From a bacterium (lineage in GTDB: Bacteria > Armatimonadota > JACIXR01): a stretch of 64,000 nucleotides of DNA. The notes beneath the pieces are model-generated. The model ran no database searches, was not told the origin of the DNA, and was given only the letters and a program-made list of their open reading frames with translations. This document shows, piece after piece, positions 18,970-28,926 of the stretch; the stretch's first letter is position 1, and every line of letters starts with the position of its first letter. The stretch lies in contig JACIXQ010000001.1 in NCBI GenBank assembly GCA_014360465.1, positions 35,677-99,676 on the forward strand, read 5' to 3'. The position numbers and the translations under genes were made by a program.

Positions 18970-19688
18970 TTTTCACCTCTGCATATAATTGATACCCCGA
19001 AAGGGAAAGAAAATCCATTTTTAATCATCTTTGCTTCTTGAAGAAGAAGATAATAAAGGAAATCATTAAGAAAGGCGGGCAATATAATTAGAGAGCTTTT
19101 GGGGGTGCGATTCGCTCTTTTGAGGACCTTCTGGAGAAGACGAAATAGGACAATGGGGAAAAAGGAAAAGACTATGGCATAAGAGATGAACTTTATTGAG
19201 AAACCTACGCCTTCCATCTTGCCCGCTATCTCTCCCTTAGAATAACGACGGAAATGACAGAGAGCTTCATCGTGCTCGCTCCAGAGAAATTTGTAAGCTG
19301 GGACAGTCACAAGAAGAGTTCCGCCTTTTTTAAGAACCCTGTACATCTCCTTTAAGCCTTTGACATCGTCTGGGAGATGTTCCAGGAGGTCGAGGGCGAG
19401 GACTAAGTCAAATACATCGTCTTTAAATGGCAGATTTTCAGCTTTTGCCTGTATTAATTGGGCGTCGCTTTTTCTCCTTTTCGCTAATTTCAATGCTTCT
19501 AAGGATGCATCCAGACCGATAACATTGGCATTAAAAAGGGAAAGGTTGGCGCCAGTGCCACAACCGACATCCAGGATTCTCTCTGGTTTTAAATCCCCAA
19601 GAACGGAGGATATTATTGCCCTTCTTCCTTTGAACCACCAGTAGAAATCTTCAAGGAGGAACATCTTTTCAAATTCCTCTTCTTTCAT
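18966..19688 (-). CDS. Class I SAM-dependent methyltransferase
   Basis: ILDVGCGTGANL motif I. The likely start is MKEEEFEKMF at 19688, giving an ATGA overlap with the GT2 stop; the ORF-track N-terminal extension to 19778 overlaps that gene. Confidence 0.75.
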   Translation of the reverse strand: MKEEEFEKMFLLEDFYWWFKGRRAIISSVLGDLKPERILDVGCGTGANLSLFNANVIGLDASLEALKLAKRRKSDAQLIQAKAENLPFKDDVFDLVLALDLLEHLPDDVKGLKEMYRVLKKGGTLLVTVPAYKFLWSEHDEALCHFRRYSKGEIAGKMEGVGFSIKFISYAIVFSFFPIVLFRLLQKVLKRANRTPKSSLIILPAFLNDFLYYLLLQEAKMIKNGFSFPFGVSIICRGEK

Positions 19689-20389
19689 CTTATCCTCCAC
19701 TTTATTCTGAAGATATCTATGAGGGAAGATACACCATTCTTTAATATTTTCACTTTTGAGCCTGGAGCGTGTCGCCAACGAACTGGCACTTCCTTTATCT
19801 TATAGCCGAGTTTCCGCGCTATATACAAAATTTCAAAATCGAAAGAAAACCCTTTAAGCGTTTGTCTCCTAAAAAGTTCCTTGGCTACTTCTCCTTTAAA
19901 TAATTTGAAGCCGCATTGGGTATCATAAATACCGGGAAGCAGAATGGTCCTGAGGATGAAATTAAAGACCCTTCCCATAAATTCGCGGGGAAATGGTTGA
20001 TGAATCTCCAGCTTTGCACCTGGGTAGGCACGAGAGGCGATGGCGATATCGTAGCCTTCTTTAATATGCTGAAAGAGCTTCGGAAGTTCCTCTATAGGGG
20101 TTGAGAGGTCGGCATCGGAGAAGAGGATATATTTGCCTTTCGCTTCCCCAACTCCTGTTTTCACAGCATAACCCTTGCCTTGATTTGTTGGAAGACGAAC
20201 CAATCTAAGCTCTTTGTGATTTTTCAGCTTTTCCTCTACGAGGGCGGGGGTGGCATCAGTTGAGCCATCATCAACAACTATAATTTCAAATGTATATCCC
20301 CATTTCCTCATAAAGGCAATGATATTTTCTAAGCTTTTCCCCAACCTACCCGCTTCATTGAAGGCGGGAATGACGATGGAAAAATCCAT
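19685..20389 (-). CDS. GT2-family polyprenol-phosphate glycosyltransferase (DPM1 / GtrB / ArnC-like)
   Basis: FSIVIPAFNE, VVDDGSTD and FSDADLS (DxD) motifs; 234 aa. Confidence 0.85.
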   Translation of the reverse strand: MDFSIVIPAFNEAGRLGKSLENIIAFMRKWGYTFEIIVVDDGSTDATPALVEEKLKNHKELRLVRLPTNQGKGYAVKTGVGEAKGKYILFSDADLSTPIEELPKLFQHIKEGYDIAIASRAYPGAKLEIHQPFPREFMGRVFNFILRTILLPGIYDTQCGFKLFKGEVAKELFRRQTLKGFSFDFEILYIARKLGYKIKEVPVRWRHAPGSKVKILKNGVSSLIDIFRIKWRIR

Positions 20390-21819
20390 TAGAAGTTGTA
20401 TTCAACCCTGAGCTCCCCAATAATGTTATTTTCCTCCTTACCACCACTTGTAACTTTCTGGTGTCTTATACCCAATGTTAGTGACTTGTCGGTGCCCATA
20501 TCGTAGGGGAGCAGAAGGCTTAGTTCAGTAATTTTAATCGGTGAAGGTGAGCTTTTCAGTTGAGTTGTTCTTGCGATTTGAAAGATAAAGGGAGGATTTT
20601 TATGAAAATCTACCCTTGTAAAGATCCCCCTTGAATCCCGTCCCAGGGGGAAACCCATAGGATAGCCCTTGTAGAGATAATCATCATTTGGGTCCTTGTG
20701 TGTATAAGTTTCATTATCGGCATAGAAGTATTCAAGGTGGAAAGTAAAGTCCTTGCATTTTTTTCTCCCACCCAGAAGTAGAGCTGTCTTGCGGGGGACA
20801 TGATGGGGATAAGTGGTTATATCATCAACGAACCAGTCTCCATATATCGCTCCATTGGGGAAATTTTTCGCTACTTCCAAACCCATTATAACATTGACAT
20901 TATAATCGTTTTCCCAGAAATATTGCACCGCGTATAAAGGCAGTATTGGGACGAAAGCGAAAAGGGAAGGAAATTGGTCGGAAAAATGGATATCGTATAG
21001 GGCGAAATCCCAATCCTTTAGCGTTTTTTCTATTCTTCTCGCAATATAATATCTCCTTATCCCATTGGAGCTATAAGTTGTATGAAATTGCTTGAAGTTG
21101 AAAAAACCCCAGGAACCGATTTTGAAATTTTTGCTGAAGAGCAGGTAATCATAGGGCGGGGGATTATCGCTTAACCAGACGGAGCTGACATAGCCTGGAC
21201 CAAGTCGAACATATCCCCTTCCGATTTCCCAATCGGCATCCCAAAACGGGATTTTAGCTATCGCGCTATCCAAGAGGGAAAAATCTGAGGGTTTTTTAGC
21301 CAACCAGCGTCTTTCATTGCTTGCGGAGAAATATGTGAAGCCGTGGCTTAGGGGGATGAACGACGAAACGCGATACAATAACTTGCTATCGCTCTCATCG
21401 TTGTCGCTATCATAATGTGCTATGCCAGCAAATCTCCCTCCTATAAAGATGTTTTGGTAGTAGGAAAGTTCCAATTTTTCTTTTACATCCTTTATATTCA
21501 CATTCAAAGCTTCCAACTCTTGAGAGAACTCGTCAATTAACTTACCCAGAACGAAGAAGTCTTCATCTGAAAAGTCCCAGGGTTCATTCTCAGCTTTATT
21601 GATCAAATCCTTAAGGAGGATTGCGATTTCCCCTCGGGAGAAGACGCCATCGGAGAAGAGAAGTCTACTCGGGATATTGAGCAAACCTTTGGCAGCCATA
21701 CTTCCTAAGGAGTTTCTTATCCAGGAGCGAGGTGAAACTTGGTCCGATTGAAGAGCGAAGGAGATAAGGCTTCCGAAAACAAGTGAAAGAATCAAAATGC
21801 GTTTCAAGTTTGTGGGCAT
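20389..21819 (-). CDS. SLH-domain outer-membrane beta-barrel protein (OmpM/Slp-like)
   Basis: Signal peptide. An N-terminal SLH-like segment (SWIRNSLGSMAAKGLL...FSDGVFSRGEIAILL) and a long aromatic-rich region ending in the OMP signature ...ELRVEYNF. Confidence 0.55.
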   Translation of the reverse strand: MPTNLKRILILSLVFGSLISFALQSDQVSPRSWIRNSLGSMAAKGLLNIPSRLLFSDGVFSRGEIAILLKDLINKAENEPWDFSDEDFFVLGKLIDEFSQELEALNVNIKDVKEKLELSYYQNIFIGGRFAGIAHYDSDNDESDSKLLYRVSSFIPLSHGFTYFSASNERRWLAKKPSDFSLLDSAIAKIPFWDADWEIGRGYVRLGPGYVSSVWLSDNPPPYDYLLFSKNFKIGSWGFFNFKQFHTTYSSNGIRRYYIARRIEKTLKDWDFALYDIHFSDQFPSLFAFVPILPLYAVQYFWENDYNVNVIMGLEVAKNFPNGAIYGDWFVDDITTYPHHVPRKTALLLGGRKKCKDFTFHLEYFYADNETYTHKDPNDDYLYKGYPMGFPLGRDSRGIFTRVDFHKNPPFIFQIARTTQLKSSPSPIKITELSLLLPYDMGTDKSLTLGIRHQKVTSGGKEENNIIGELRVEYNF

Positions 21820-21822
21820 TTT

Positions 21823-22188
21823 TTATGCGCTCCTTTCTTCTATTTTCACTATTTCGTTTTTCTCATTAAGGTAAGCGATTTTATATCTCCAGTTTTTGAC
21901 TTCTTCATCGTTTACCCATTTATAGGCTAAAACTAAAATGGTATCGCCAGGGTAAGCGAGGCGAGCTGCCGGTCCATTCAAAACAATTTCACCCTTTTTC
22001 CCCTTTATGACATAGGTAACAAACCTTTCACCATTGTTTAGATTCAAAACTTGGACTTTTTGCCCTGGCAAAATATCCATTTGCTTAAGGATTTCTTCAT
22101 CAATGGTTATGCTTCCCTCATAGTGAAGTAGGGTATCAGTTACTTTGGCGTTTTGGATTTTGGCGTATAGCATCTCTCTAAATGTCAC
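21823..22188 (-). CDS. panD: Aspartate 1-decarboxylase
   Basis: MLYAKIQNAKVTDTLLHYEGSITID (pyruvoyl-forming GS site); 121 aa. Confidence 0.9.
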   Translation of the reverse strand: MTFREMLYAKIQNAKVTDTLLHYEGSITIDEEILKQMDILPGQKVQVLNLNNGERFVTYVIKGKKGEIVLNGPAARLAYPGDTILVLAYKWVNDEEVKNWRYKIAYLNEKNEIVKIEERSA

Positions 22189-22599
22189 TATCTCTCACCT
22201 TCCTCAGCAATAAATGTTCAAGAAAAATCTAAATCAAATTTTAATTTAACATAGACTAAAGTCAAACTATATTTTGACTGACCCTTTCCGACAGGTTTTT
22301 CGGTTGAAAGGATCTGGAAATATTCTTTCCCTTCTCCCTCTGCATCTCACTTCTCAGCGAATTAATCCAGATAGCCGATTATTTCGGTTAATGAAAAAAC
22401 GCTAAGCCAATAAACATAAGTGAATTCAATAAGAGTTTGATGCACTTTGATGGGGAGTCCAATATGTTATGGAATTCTACATTTCCGTCTTTCCTCGGTT
22501 TTCTTTTTTGTGTCTATCTGTTGTAGGGAATATACTTCTTGTAGAATTGAGGAAACAGTTCCTTTTTAAGTAAAATTATTTTTGAGGAAGAGCGCTTTC

Positions 22600-22627
22600 T
22601 TGACTTGCTTTGAAAATATGTTATAAT
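22600..22627 (+). promoter_or_regulatory. Sigma70 promoter with extended -10 for tRNA-Met
   Basis: TTGACT at 22600-22605, a 16-nt spacer, TGT-TATAAT at 22619-22627, and an AT-rich UP-like tract upstream. The tRNA 5' end lies 15 nt downstream of the -10. Confidence 0.5.
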
Positions 22628-22641
22628 ATACAGTGAAGGAC

Positions 22642-22718
<77 letters not shown>

Positions 22719-24251
22719 TTTTTTATAGTCTTTCCTTTCTCCCTTGTTGTCTATGATAGCGTTTTCGTCCCTTGAGGTTCCCTCTTCTCACATTTATTCA
22801 ACAAAGCCTAAAAAGTGGTTTTGTTGGGCTTTGTTGCATAATTCATCAAAAGGGAAACACCAAAAGGTAAACGGTAAGTTAACCTACTTTCCTTTATCAA
22901 AGTTGACAATTTAAGGATAATTTTTGCTTTGTTGAATAAAACCATTTCAAATTAAAGTTATAACTGCTTTCCTCATAAATTTAATATTCAGCTCAAATTT
23001 TGTTTATTCTCCGATTCATTACTATTATAGAGAAGAAACTTTCCGCTATTGCTCTATTACCATAGCCCAACTCTTGAACTCCTTTCCTTTAGCCATAGCG
23101 CAATCAATGATTATTATAAGCTCTCCGACATCCATTATTTAACAAAGCCACAATTGAACAAGATTCCCGAAGGTAGGGCAACTTTTGGCTCAATAGCAAA
23201 ATGGGAGAGGAATTTTTACGAAGCATTCAAAATAGAAGGATTGACCTCAAAGGGGAGGGATAAAATGGCGGTTAGAAACTTATTTTGAAAGAGTGCTAAT
23301 CTTCGTCCTTGCTTGCGATTATCCCTCACTAATTTGCGAGCGTAAATTAAATCTTAAATCTTCTTTGTGAATGTTTTGCTAATCCTTCCTAACGCGCCGA
23401 GCCCCAACGCGGACCGCTTCTCACGCCGGGAAGGCTGATTATTTTGTAGCCACGGCTTTTAGCCCAATTCCTTGCTGCTTTTTCCAACTTGCTATTGCCA
23501 CAATTCAGGAAATCCTCTGCCATTGATTCATCGCCAAACTTATGATTTGTTTAGGATTTGTCACGGGAGATAAAAAAGTGTTATTAAAGCAAAGGGTGAA
23601 TAGATACATAGGATAGAACCTGATATTGTGAGTAATTCTCTGGAACAAGTAAAAATAATAAACGAAGAAGCTTCAAAACAAATCTAAGGAGGAAAGCTCG
23701 TTCTATACCTTTTATTTGCACCCACTGTGGACGGAGGTAGGCAAGTAAAGGGGGAAATGGACACCACAAAAGGGAGCTGAGAGTTTCGGAGGGGGTGTAG
23801 AGGAAAAGATTGGGGGTTGCCACTGGCTGGATAAAGTTGCAAAAGATGGGCTGATAAGTCCGGGAGAAGCGAAAGGAAGACGAGCTAAATGTTGAATAAC
23901 GGCTCTCGATGAAATCTGCTAAGAGTTGATGGAAAAGGACAGTTTGCGTTTCGCATATATTAAAAGATACTTTCCGAAAGGGAAGGAGGAACATTAGGTC
24001 TTGAGAGGTTAGACAACGCGAGAACGGGAATGCTTTCCGGAAAAGGAAATAAGAACTTGATGAGGGAGGATATCTATGGGTACTATGATAAAAAATTTGA
24101 TATAATTTAAGATGACAAGTCCTAAACATAGGGAACTTTACCAAATAATTGCCTTAATATATCCTTTTAACTTGGATTTCATTAAAAAATTGCTTGCATA
24201 AAAAATTTCCTCGGGGTAATATTTTCATAAAATTTATGGAGGTGATTTGAT

Positions 24252-24797
24252 TTGAAGAAGTGCTGGGTTATTTTGCTTGTAGTTTTTTGTGTCGTTGGGC
24301 TTATGGCTCAGGAAGAAATAGGGCAACAGCTGAAGTATTCGGCGAAGATCGGGCTCTTCCGTCCCAGCGATTCCGACCTACGTGATGCCCTCGGTAGCAG
24401 TTGGTTCCTAATCGGGTTGGATGCAGAAAAGCAAATGGCACCCGACGCTTCCTGGGTATATTCCGTTGAATATCTTCACAAGTCGGGCAATGGTAATACA
24501 ATGACGGAGATCCCCCTACTTGTCACCTGGCGCAAGACACAGGTTTCTGCTGAACCTTCCATATTTGAGCAACCTGAGCCCCAATATTATCCATACTTGG
24601 GGGTAGGATTGGGACTCTATTATCTCAAGGCTGAAGAAGATAAGACAAGCGATAGCACCTGGAAGACGGGGTTCCATATCCTCGTAGGGGCACGTTTCAG
24701 TTCAAACCTGTTCGCCGAGCTACGCTGGAATACTATTGGCAAATGGCATGATACCGATTGCGGCGGCTACTCCCTGATGATGGGGGTGAGATTTTAA
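24252..24797 (+). CDS. Small outer-membrane beta-barrel protein (OmpW/OmpA-TM-like), hypothetical
   Basis: Signal peptide, alternating amphipathic strands, and a C-terminal ...MMGVRF aromatic terminus. TTG start with a GGAGGTGA RBS. Confidence 0.5.
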   Translation: MKKCWVILLVVFCVVGLMAQEEIGQQLKYSAKIGLFRPSDSDLRDALGSSWFLIGLDAEKQMAPDASWVYSVEYLHKSGNGNTMTEIPLLVTWRKTQVSAEPSIFEQPEPQYYPYLGVGLGLYYLKAEEDKTSDSTWKTGFHILVGARFSSNLFAELRWNTIGKWHDTDCGGYSLMMGVRF

Positions 24798-24895
24798 TTT
24801 AAAAAAAGGAGGGCGATGATTTTATAGAAACAGTCCTTGAAATCTTCCGTAAGTTAGGCGCCGTAAAAGAAGGGCATTTTCTCTTAGCTTCCGGT

Positions 24896-25396
24896 TTGCA
24901 TAGCGCCTTATATTTTGAGAAGATGAAGGTGCTATCGCATCCGGAAGCTGCTTCTTTCCTTTTTTCAAAGCTCGCTGATAAGCTCAAATCCATTGATATA
25001 GAGATTGTCATAGGTCCCTCGCTTGGTGGGGTTATAATTGCATTTGAAGTTGCTAAATGTCTGGGTTTGCCCTGTGCCTTTGCTGATAGAGCAGGTGATA
25101 AGAGAGTAATAAGACCTGTAGATGTGCTGAAAAATGGAATGAAAGTAGCAGTGGTGGATGATATATTGACAACAGGAAAATCACTTCGCGAAACATTATC
25201 CGCATTGGAAGAATATGCAGTGAATGTTGTCGCTCTTGGAGTTTTATTAGACCGTAGCGGTGGGAATGTGGATTTGGGTATCCCCCTTTTCTCCCTTGCT
25301 TCGCTTAAAGTTGAGGCTTATAAACCAGAGGATTGTCCTCTTTGTAAGATGGGGATTCCTTTAGAAGTTCACGGAAGTGCTACGAGGAGGGGGTGA
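24896..25396 (+). CDS. pyrE: Orotate phosphoribosyltransferase-like type I PRTase
   Basis: PRPP-binding loop VAVVDDILTTGKSL. The N-terminal motif (KEGHFLLASGLHSALYFE) begins upstream of the listed TTG start. The frame is open back to about 24803, where an RBS and an ATG at 24816 sit in the +1 frame, so an indel or a non-canonical start is likely. Confidence 0.6.
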   Translation: MHSALYFEKMKVLSHPEAASFLFSKLADKLKSIDIEIVIGPSLGGVIIAFEVAKCLGLPCAFADRAGDKRVIRPVDVLKNGMKVAVVDDILTTGKSLRETLSALEEYAVNVVALGVLLDRSGGNVDLGIPLFSLASLKVEAYKPEDCPLCKMGIPLEVHGSATRRG

Positions 25397-26681
25397 TAAG
25401 AAGAAGGAATAGGTTGCCCTTCAGATATCGCCTCACTGCTCTTTTTACATCCCATAGAGTAATGTTTTCTACTATTTGGGGAAACTTCTCAATGTAATTA
25501 TAACCCAAGCCAGTAGCTTCATAAAAGGCCAGTTGGAAGGATAGCTTCTTAAGTGAGGAAAGGGATAGTAAATAATCACCCTTCAATTTATTCCTCGCTT
25601 TTTCATATTCTTTCGCATCTAAATAATCAAGGGAAGCAATCTCATTGATGAGCGCCTCTTTCGCTTCATCCACTCTTTCTGGGTCAACAGTTGCCCAAAC
25701 GAATAGGAGGCTTTTACCTAAAAGAGAAGGGTAAAGGGAACCAAAATCATAGGAGATGCCCATTCTCCAACGGAGGGCTTTTGCGAGCCGAGAGGATGTC
25801 CCTTTGCCAAGCAAAGCGTTTATCAATTCCAAAACGGGATAATCTGGGTGATTGATACCGGGTAAAGGAATTCCAATAAGTATATAGGCGAATTGGGAGT
25901 CAAGTTTGAGAACCTCGGAATGCGAGCGGATAAGGGGGTGATAAAAAGGGTAGGATATAGGACTGTTTTCCCCCTTCGGCAATTCCCCAAATAATTCCGA
26001 GCATAGCTCCGTAATTTTAGATGGTTCTACATCTCCGGTGATGGAAATTATGATGTTTTGTGGTTGAAAAAAGGCGAGATAAAGGGAGCGAATCTCCTGA
26101 AGGCTTATCTTTTCCACGCTTTCTCTTGTGCCATTTACTGGTCTTCCATAGGGATGGTTCAAACCGTAAAGAGCTTGGCAGAGACGAGCATAGCCGATGA
26201 TAAGCGGTTCAATGGAGAGGGCATCTATCTCTGCGATGATTTTCTTCTTCTCCTTTTCCAGTTCATATTCATCAAGGAGGGGATAGAAAAGTATCTCCTT
26301 GAGGAGATTCAAAGCTTGAGGAAGTGAGTAGGATGGACAGCGGATGTTCATTTGCCAATAATTGATGTTCGTTTGAGTCTCCAAATCCATAAGATTATCT
26401 TCGAGAATTTTTCTTATTTCGTCTTTCGTGTGTTGTTTTGTCCCCAGTGGAAGCAAACGCATTAGCAAATTGCTTGCTCCGGGGTTATTTTCTACATTGC
26501 TCCCTCCCTTTATCAAAACGGTGATATAGGCGAGCTGTTTGATCTCGGTTGGGGTAATAAGTAAGGTCAAACCATTGGGTAGTTTGCTTTTTAGCGTTTT
26601 CGCTTGAATGGAAGATAGGAAGATAACAAGGATGTAGGGAAGAAATTTTCTCATTTTGGTGGTATCAGTGATACAAGGCAA
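25380..26681 (-). CDS. M16-family (pitrilysin/insulinase-like) peptidase, non-catalytic beta-type subunit
   Basis: M16 two-domain architecture and signal peptide, with no HxxEH motif. Confidence 0.7.
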   Translation of the reverse strand: MPCITDTTKMRKFLPYILVIFLSSIQAKTLKSKLPNGLTLLITPTEIKQLAYITVLIKGGSNVENNPGASNLLMRLLPLGTKQHTKDEIRKILEDNLMDLETQTNINYWQMNIRCPSYSLPQALNLLKEILFYPLLDEYELEKEKKKIIAEIDALSIEPLIIGYARLCQALYGLNHPYGRPVNGTRESVEKISLQEIRSLYLAFFQPQNIIISITGDVEPSKITELCSELFGELPKGENSPISYPFYHPLIRSHSEVLKLDSQFAYILIGIPLPGINHPDYPVLELINALLGKGTSSRLAKALRWRMGISYDFGSLYPSLLGKSLLFVWATVDPERVDEAKEALINEIASLDYLDAKEYEKARNKLKGDYLLSLSSLKKLSFQLAFYEATGLGYNYIEKFPQIVENITLWDVKRAVRRYLKGNLFLLLITPSS

Positions 26682-27952
26682 TAGGCATCTTGTCTGATAA
26701 ATTGTGCCAATTTTTCTTTTACCTCGTCAAGGGAAATTGCTTCAATCAATCCGGGATAATCACAAGCGATGGAAAAATCGGCTAAGCTCTCGTAGAACCC
26801 CAACATATGAGCTTGGGCTGAATATGTCTCACAACTACAATAAAAGGAGAATAAAAGGCTCTTTTTCAATTTTGTTAGCTTATCGTTATCAAGCGACTTT
26901 ATTGTCTGCAAAAGCTGGGCAAGGATTTCCTTCTCCACCTCATCTATTGCATCTTTCCAAGTGGAAGCATAAATTATGAAGACGGAGGGATGTTTTTGGG
27001 TGAGGAAAAAAGAACGTATCTCCGATACTAAGCCATTTTCCTTCAGATTTTCAAAAAGCTGTCCATTTTCTATGAGTTGGTTCAATAGGTCAAGAGCTAT
27101 GACCCCTTTTATATCGTCAATTCCCGGAGCAGGGAACCCAAGAGCTATGTAGCTTCGCGCTCCTACCTCGTTGGAAGAGGGATTCACTTTGAGAGGAAAG
27201 GAAGCCCTCAAAATCCTCTTAAGAGTTGGTTCTTCTTGAATAGGTTCGGTTGGTAAAGATGCATTATGCCAGCTTCCAAACGCTTTTTCAACCTCAGCAA
27301 TAACATTTTGAGGGTCAAATTCACCAACAACTATCAGGCTTGCTTTATCGGGGTGGTAATAAAGTTGCCAGGCAGATAATATATCCTCTCTGGTTATTCT
27401 TTTAACCGTTTCTTCACTTCCCGGTATGGGATTTCCATAGGGATGATTGTTGAACAGAAGGTGGGTTAATCTCCAGGCAGCTTCTTGGAAAGGGTTGCTC
27501 GCTCCCTTGATCTCGGCTATCACCACTCTCTTTTCTCTATCCAACTCCTCTTCGGGGAATAGCGGATGCTGGACGAGGTCGGAGAGGATATCAATCGCTT
27601 GAGGGAGAAATTCTGGGGTTATATCTACGGAAAAATAGGTGAAATCTTGCCCTGTTTCGGCGCTTATCTTTCCTCCCATCTCCTCTATTGTCTCGTCTAT
27701 TTTCCCCGGTGGATACTTGCTTGAGCCATTAAACAGCATATGCTCCACAAGGTGCATCAGTCCGGGTTTATCACCATCGTTTATGGAGCCTATCTTCATC
27801 CAAAGCTGAATTGAAACAAGCTTCAATTCATTGCGAGGAAGGAGGATAATCCTTAGACCATTAGGTAAGGTGTTCAGGATAATCCTTTCTCTTGGGATAA
27901 AGGCGAGAGAAAGGGTGCTTAGCGTTAGAAGGTATAACAATCGCTTTATCAT
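26651..27952 (-). CDS. M16-family zinc peptidase, catalytic subunit
   Basis: HLVEHMLFNGS inverted zincin HxxEH motif with a downstream Glu. Signal peptide. Overlaps its partner gene by 31 nt. Confidence 0.8.
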   Translation of the reverse strand: MIKRLLYLLTLSTLSLAFIPRERIILNTLPNGLRIILLPRNELKLVSIQLWMKIGSINDGDKPGLMHLVEHMLFNGSSKYPPGKIDETIEEMGGKISAETGQDFTYFSVDITPEFLPQAIDILSDLVQHPLFPEEELDREKRVVIAEIKGASNPFQEAAWRLTHLLFNNHPYGNPIPGSEETVKRITREDILSAWQLYYHPDKASLIVVGEFDPQNVIAEVEKAFGSWHNASLPTEPIQEEPTLKRILRASFPLKVNPSSNEVGARSYIALGFPAPGIDDIKGVIALDLLNQLIENGQLFENLKENGLVSEIRSFFLTQKHPSVFIIYASTWKDAIDEVEKEILAQLLQTIKSLDNDKLTKLKKSLLFSFYCSCETYSAQAHMLGFYESLADFSIACDYPGLIEAISLDEVKEKLAQFIRQDAYCLVSLIPPK

Positions 27953-28076
27953 CTACTTTAACACAAGTATAATTCTATAAACCCCGAGAGTTCAAAGCAA
28001 GTTTGAAAGATTATTAATAGTGGTAAGCCTTTGACTATGAATCATATTCCTTCTATCCTAATAATTTAAGGAGGCG

Positions 28077-28736
28077 ATGTTTATGAAGATTTTCGTTGAC
28101 ACGGCGAATATAGAAGAAATTAGAGAAGCAGTTTCCTGGGGAATCGTTCAAGGGGTGACTACAAATCCCACTTTGGTCAGTAAGGAAGGGCGCCCCTTCA
28201 AAGAACTTGTAGAGGAAATCTGTTCAATCGTAGATGGACCGATAAGTGTGGAGGTCACAGCGACGGATGCGGAGGGGATGGTGGAGGAAGGGAGAGAAAT
28301 CGCAAGTTGGCATCCCAATATAGTCCTCAAAATACCGATGGGGATTGAAGGAATAAAAGCCGTTAAGAGACTGTCTACAGAGGGAATAAAAACTAATGTG
28401 ACTCTCATATTTTCTCCAAATCAAGCACTCCTTGCTGCGGAAGCCGGTGCCACTTATGCCAGTATTTTCGTGGGTAGGCTTGATGATATAGGGCAGGATG
28501 GTATGCAAGTCGTAGCACAAGCCCTTCAAATTTACAGGAATTATTCATTTTCAACGGAGATAATAGTGGCGAGTGTTAGACATCCAATGCATATCTTGAG
28601 GGCAGGGGAAATGGGAGCACCTGTTGTTACGGCTCCCTTCAAGGTTCTGGAAGCGATGTTCAAGCACCCCTTAACCGATATCGGGCTTCAACGCTTCCTC
28701 GCTGATTGGGAAAAACTCAAAAACTTGATGAAATAA
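28077..28736 (+). CDS. tal: Transaldolase / fructose-6-phosphate aldolase (short TalC/FSA type)
   Basis: About 215-aa type-3B transaldolase pattern ([16 protein letters not shown], the Schiff-base Lys in NVLKIPMG). The second ATG at 28083 has better RBS spacing. Confidence 0.85.
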   Translation: MFMKIFVDTANIEEIREAVSWGIVQGVTTNPTLVSKEGRPFKELVEEICSIVDGPISVEVTATDAEGMVEEGREIASWHPNIVLKIPMGIEGIKAVKRLSTEGIKTNVTLIFSPNQALLAAEAGATYASIFVGRLDDIGQDGMQVVAQALQIYRNYSFSTEIIVASVRHPMHILRAGEMGAPVVTAPFKVLEAMFKHPLTDIGLQRFLADWEKLKNLMK

Positions 28737-28818
28737 GGGAAAATTTACTTAAAGAATTTGACGATTGAAAAATCATTTGTCCTGGGTCTGTTGGACAAGA
28801 ATTTTAATGCTCTCTCCT

Positions 28819-28852
28819 TTGGAGGCTTTCCCATAGGAAAGCCTCCAACTTT
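28819..28852. terminator. Bidirectional hairpin terminator between convergent genes
   Basis: Perfect 13-bp stem TTGGAGGCTTTCC / GGAAAGCCTCCAA with a CATA loop, followed by CTTTTG on the + strand. Confidence 0.5.
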
Positions 28853-28926
28853 TGCCTCTATACATGAAAAAGTTTACATGTTCCTAATTTAAAAGTACCG
28901 TGCTCTGGAAGTTAGAATATTGAAAC

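Noticed and set aside
23049-24144. Track ORFs 23049-23288 (+) and 23584-24144 (-) in the coding-poor region
   Set aside because: Translations are low-complexity (poly-Ser, Phe, Leu strings). There is no RBS and no domain-like pattern. The region is treated as non-coding; see the finding for 22719-24251.
23600-24200. Possible RNase P RNA, SRP RNA or tmRNA in the purine-rich region (AAGTCCGGGAG... resembles the RNase P P4 / SRP helix-8 neighbourhood)
   Set aside because: The expected partner sequences are absent on either strand: no RNase P P4 3' strand (ACAGARCCCGGCUUA-like), no SRP GGAA-tetraloop helix and no tRNA-like TTCGA 3' domain. Identity as a known ncRNA family cannot be supported without a covariance-model search.
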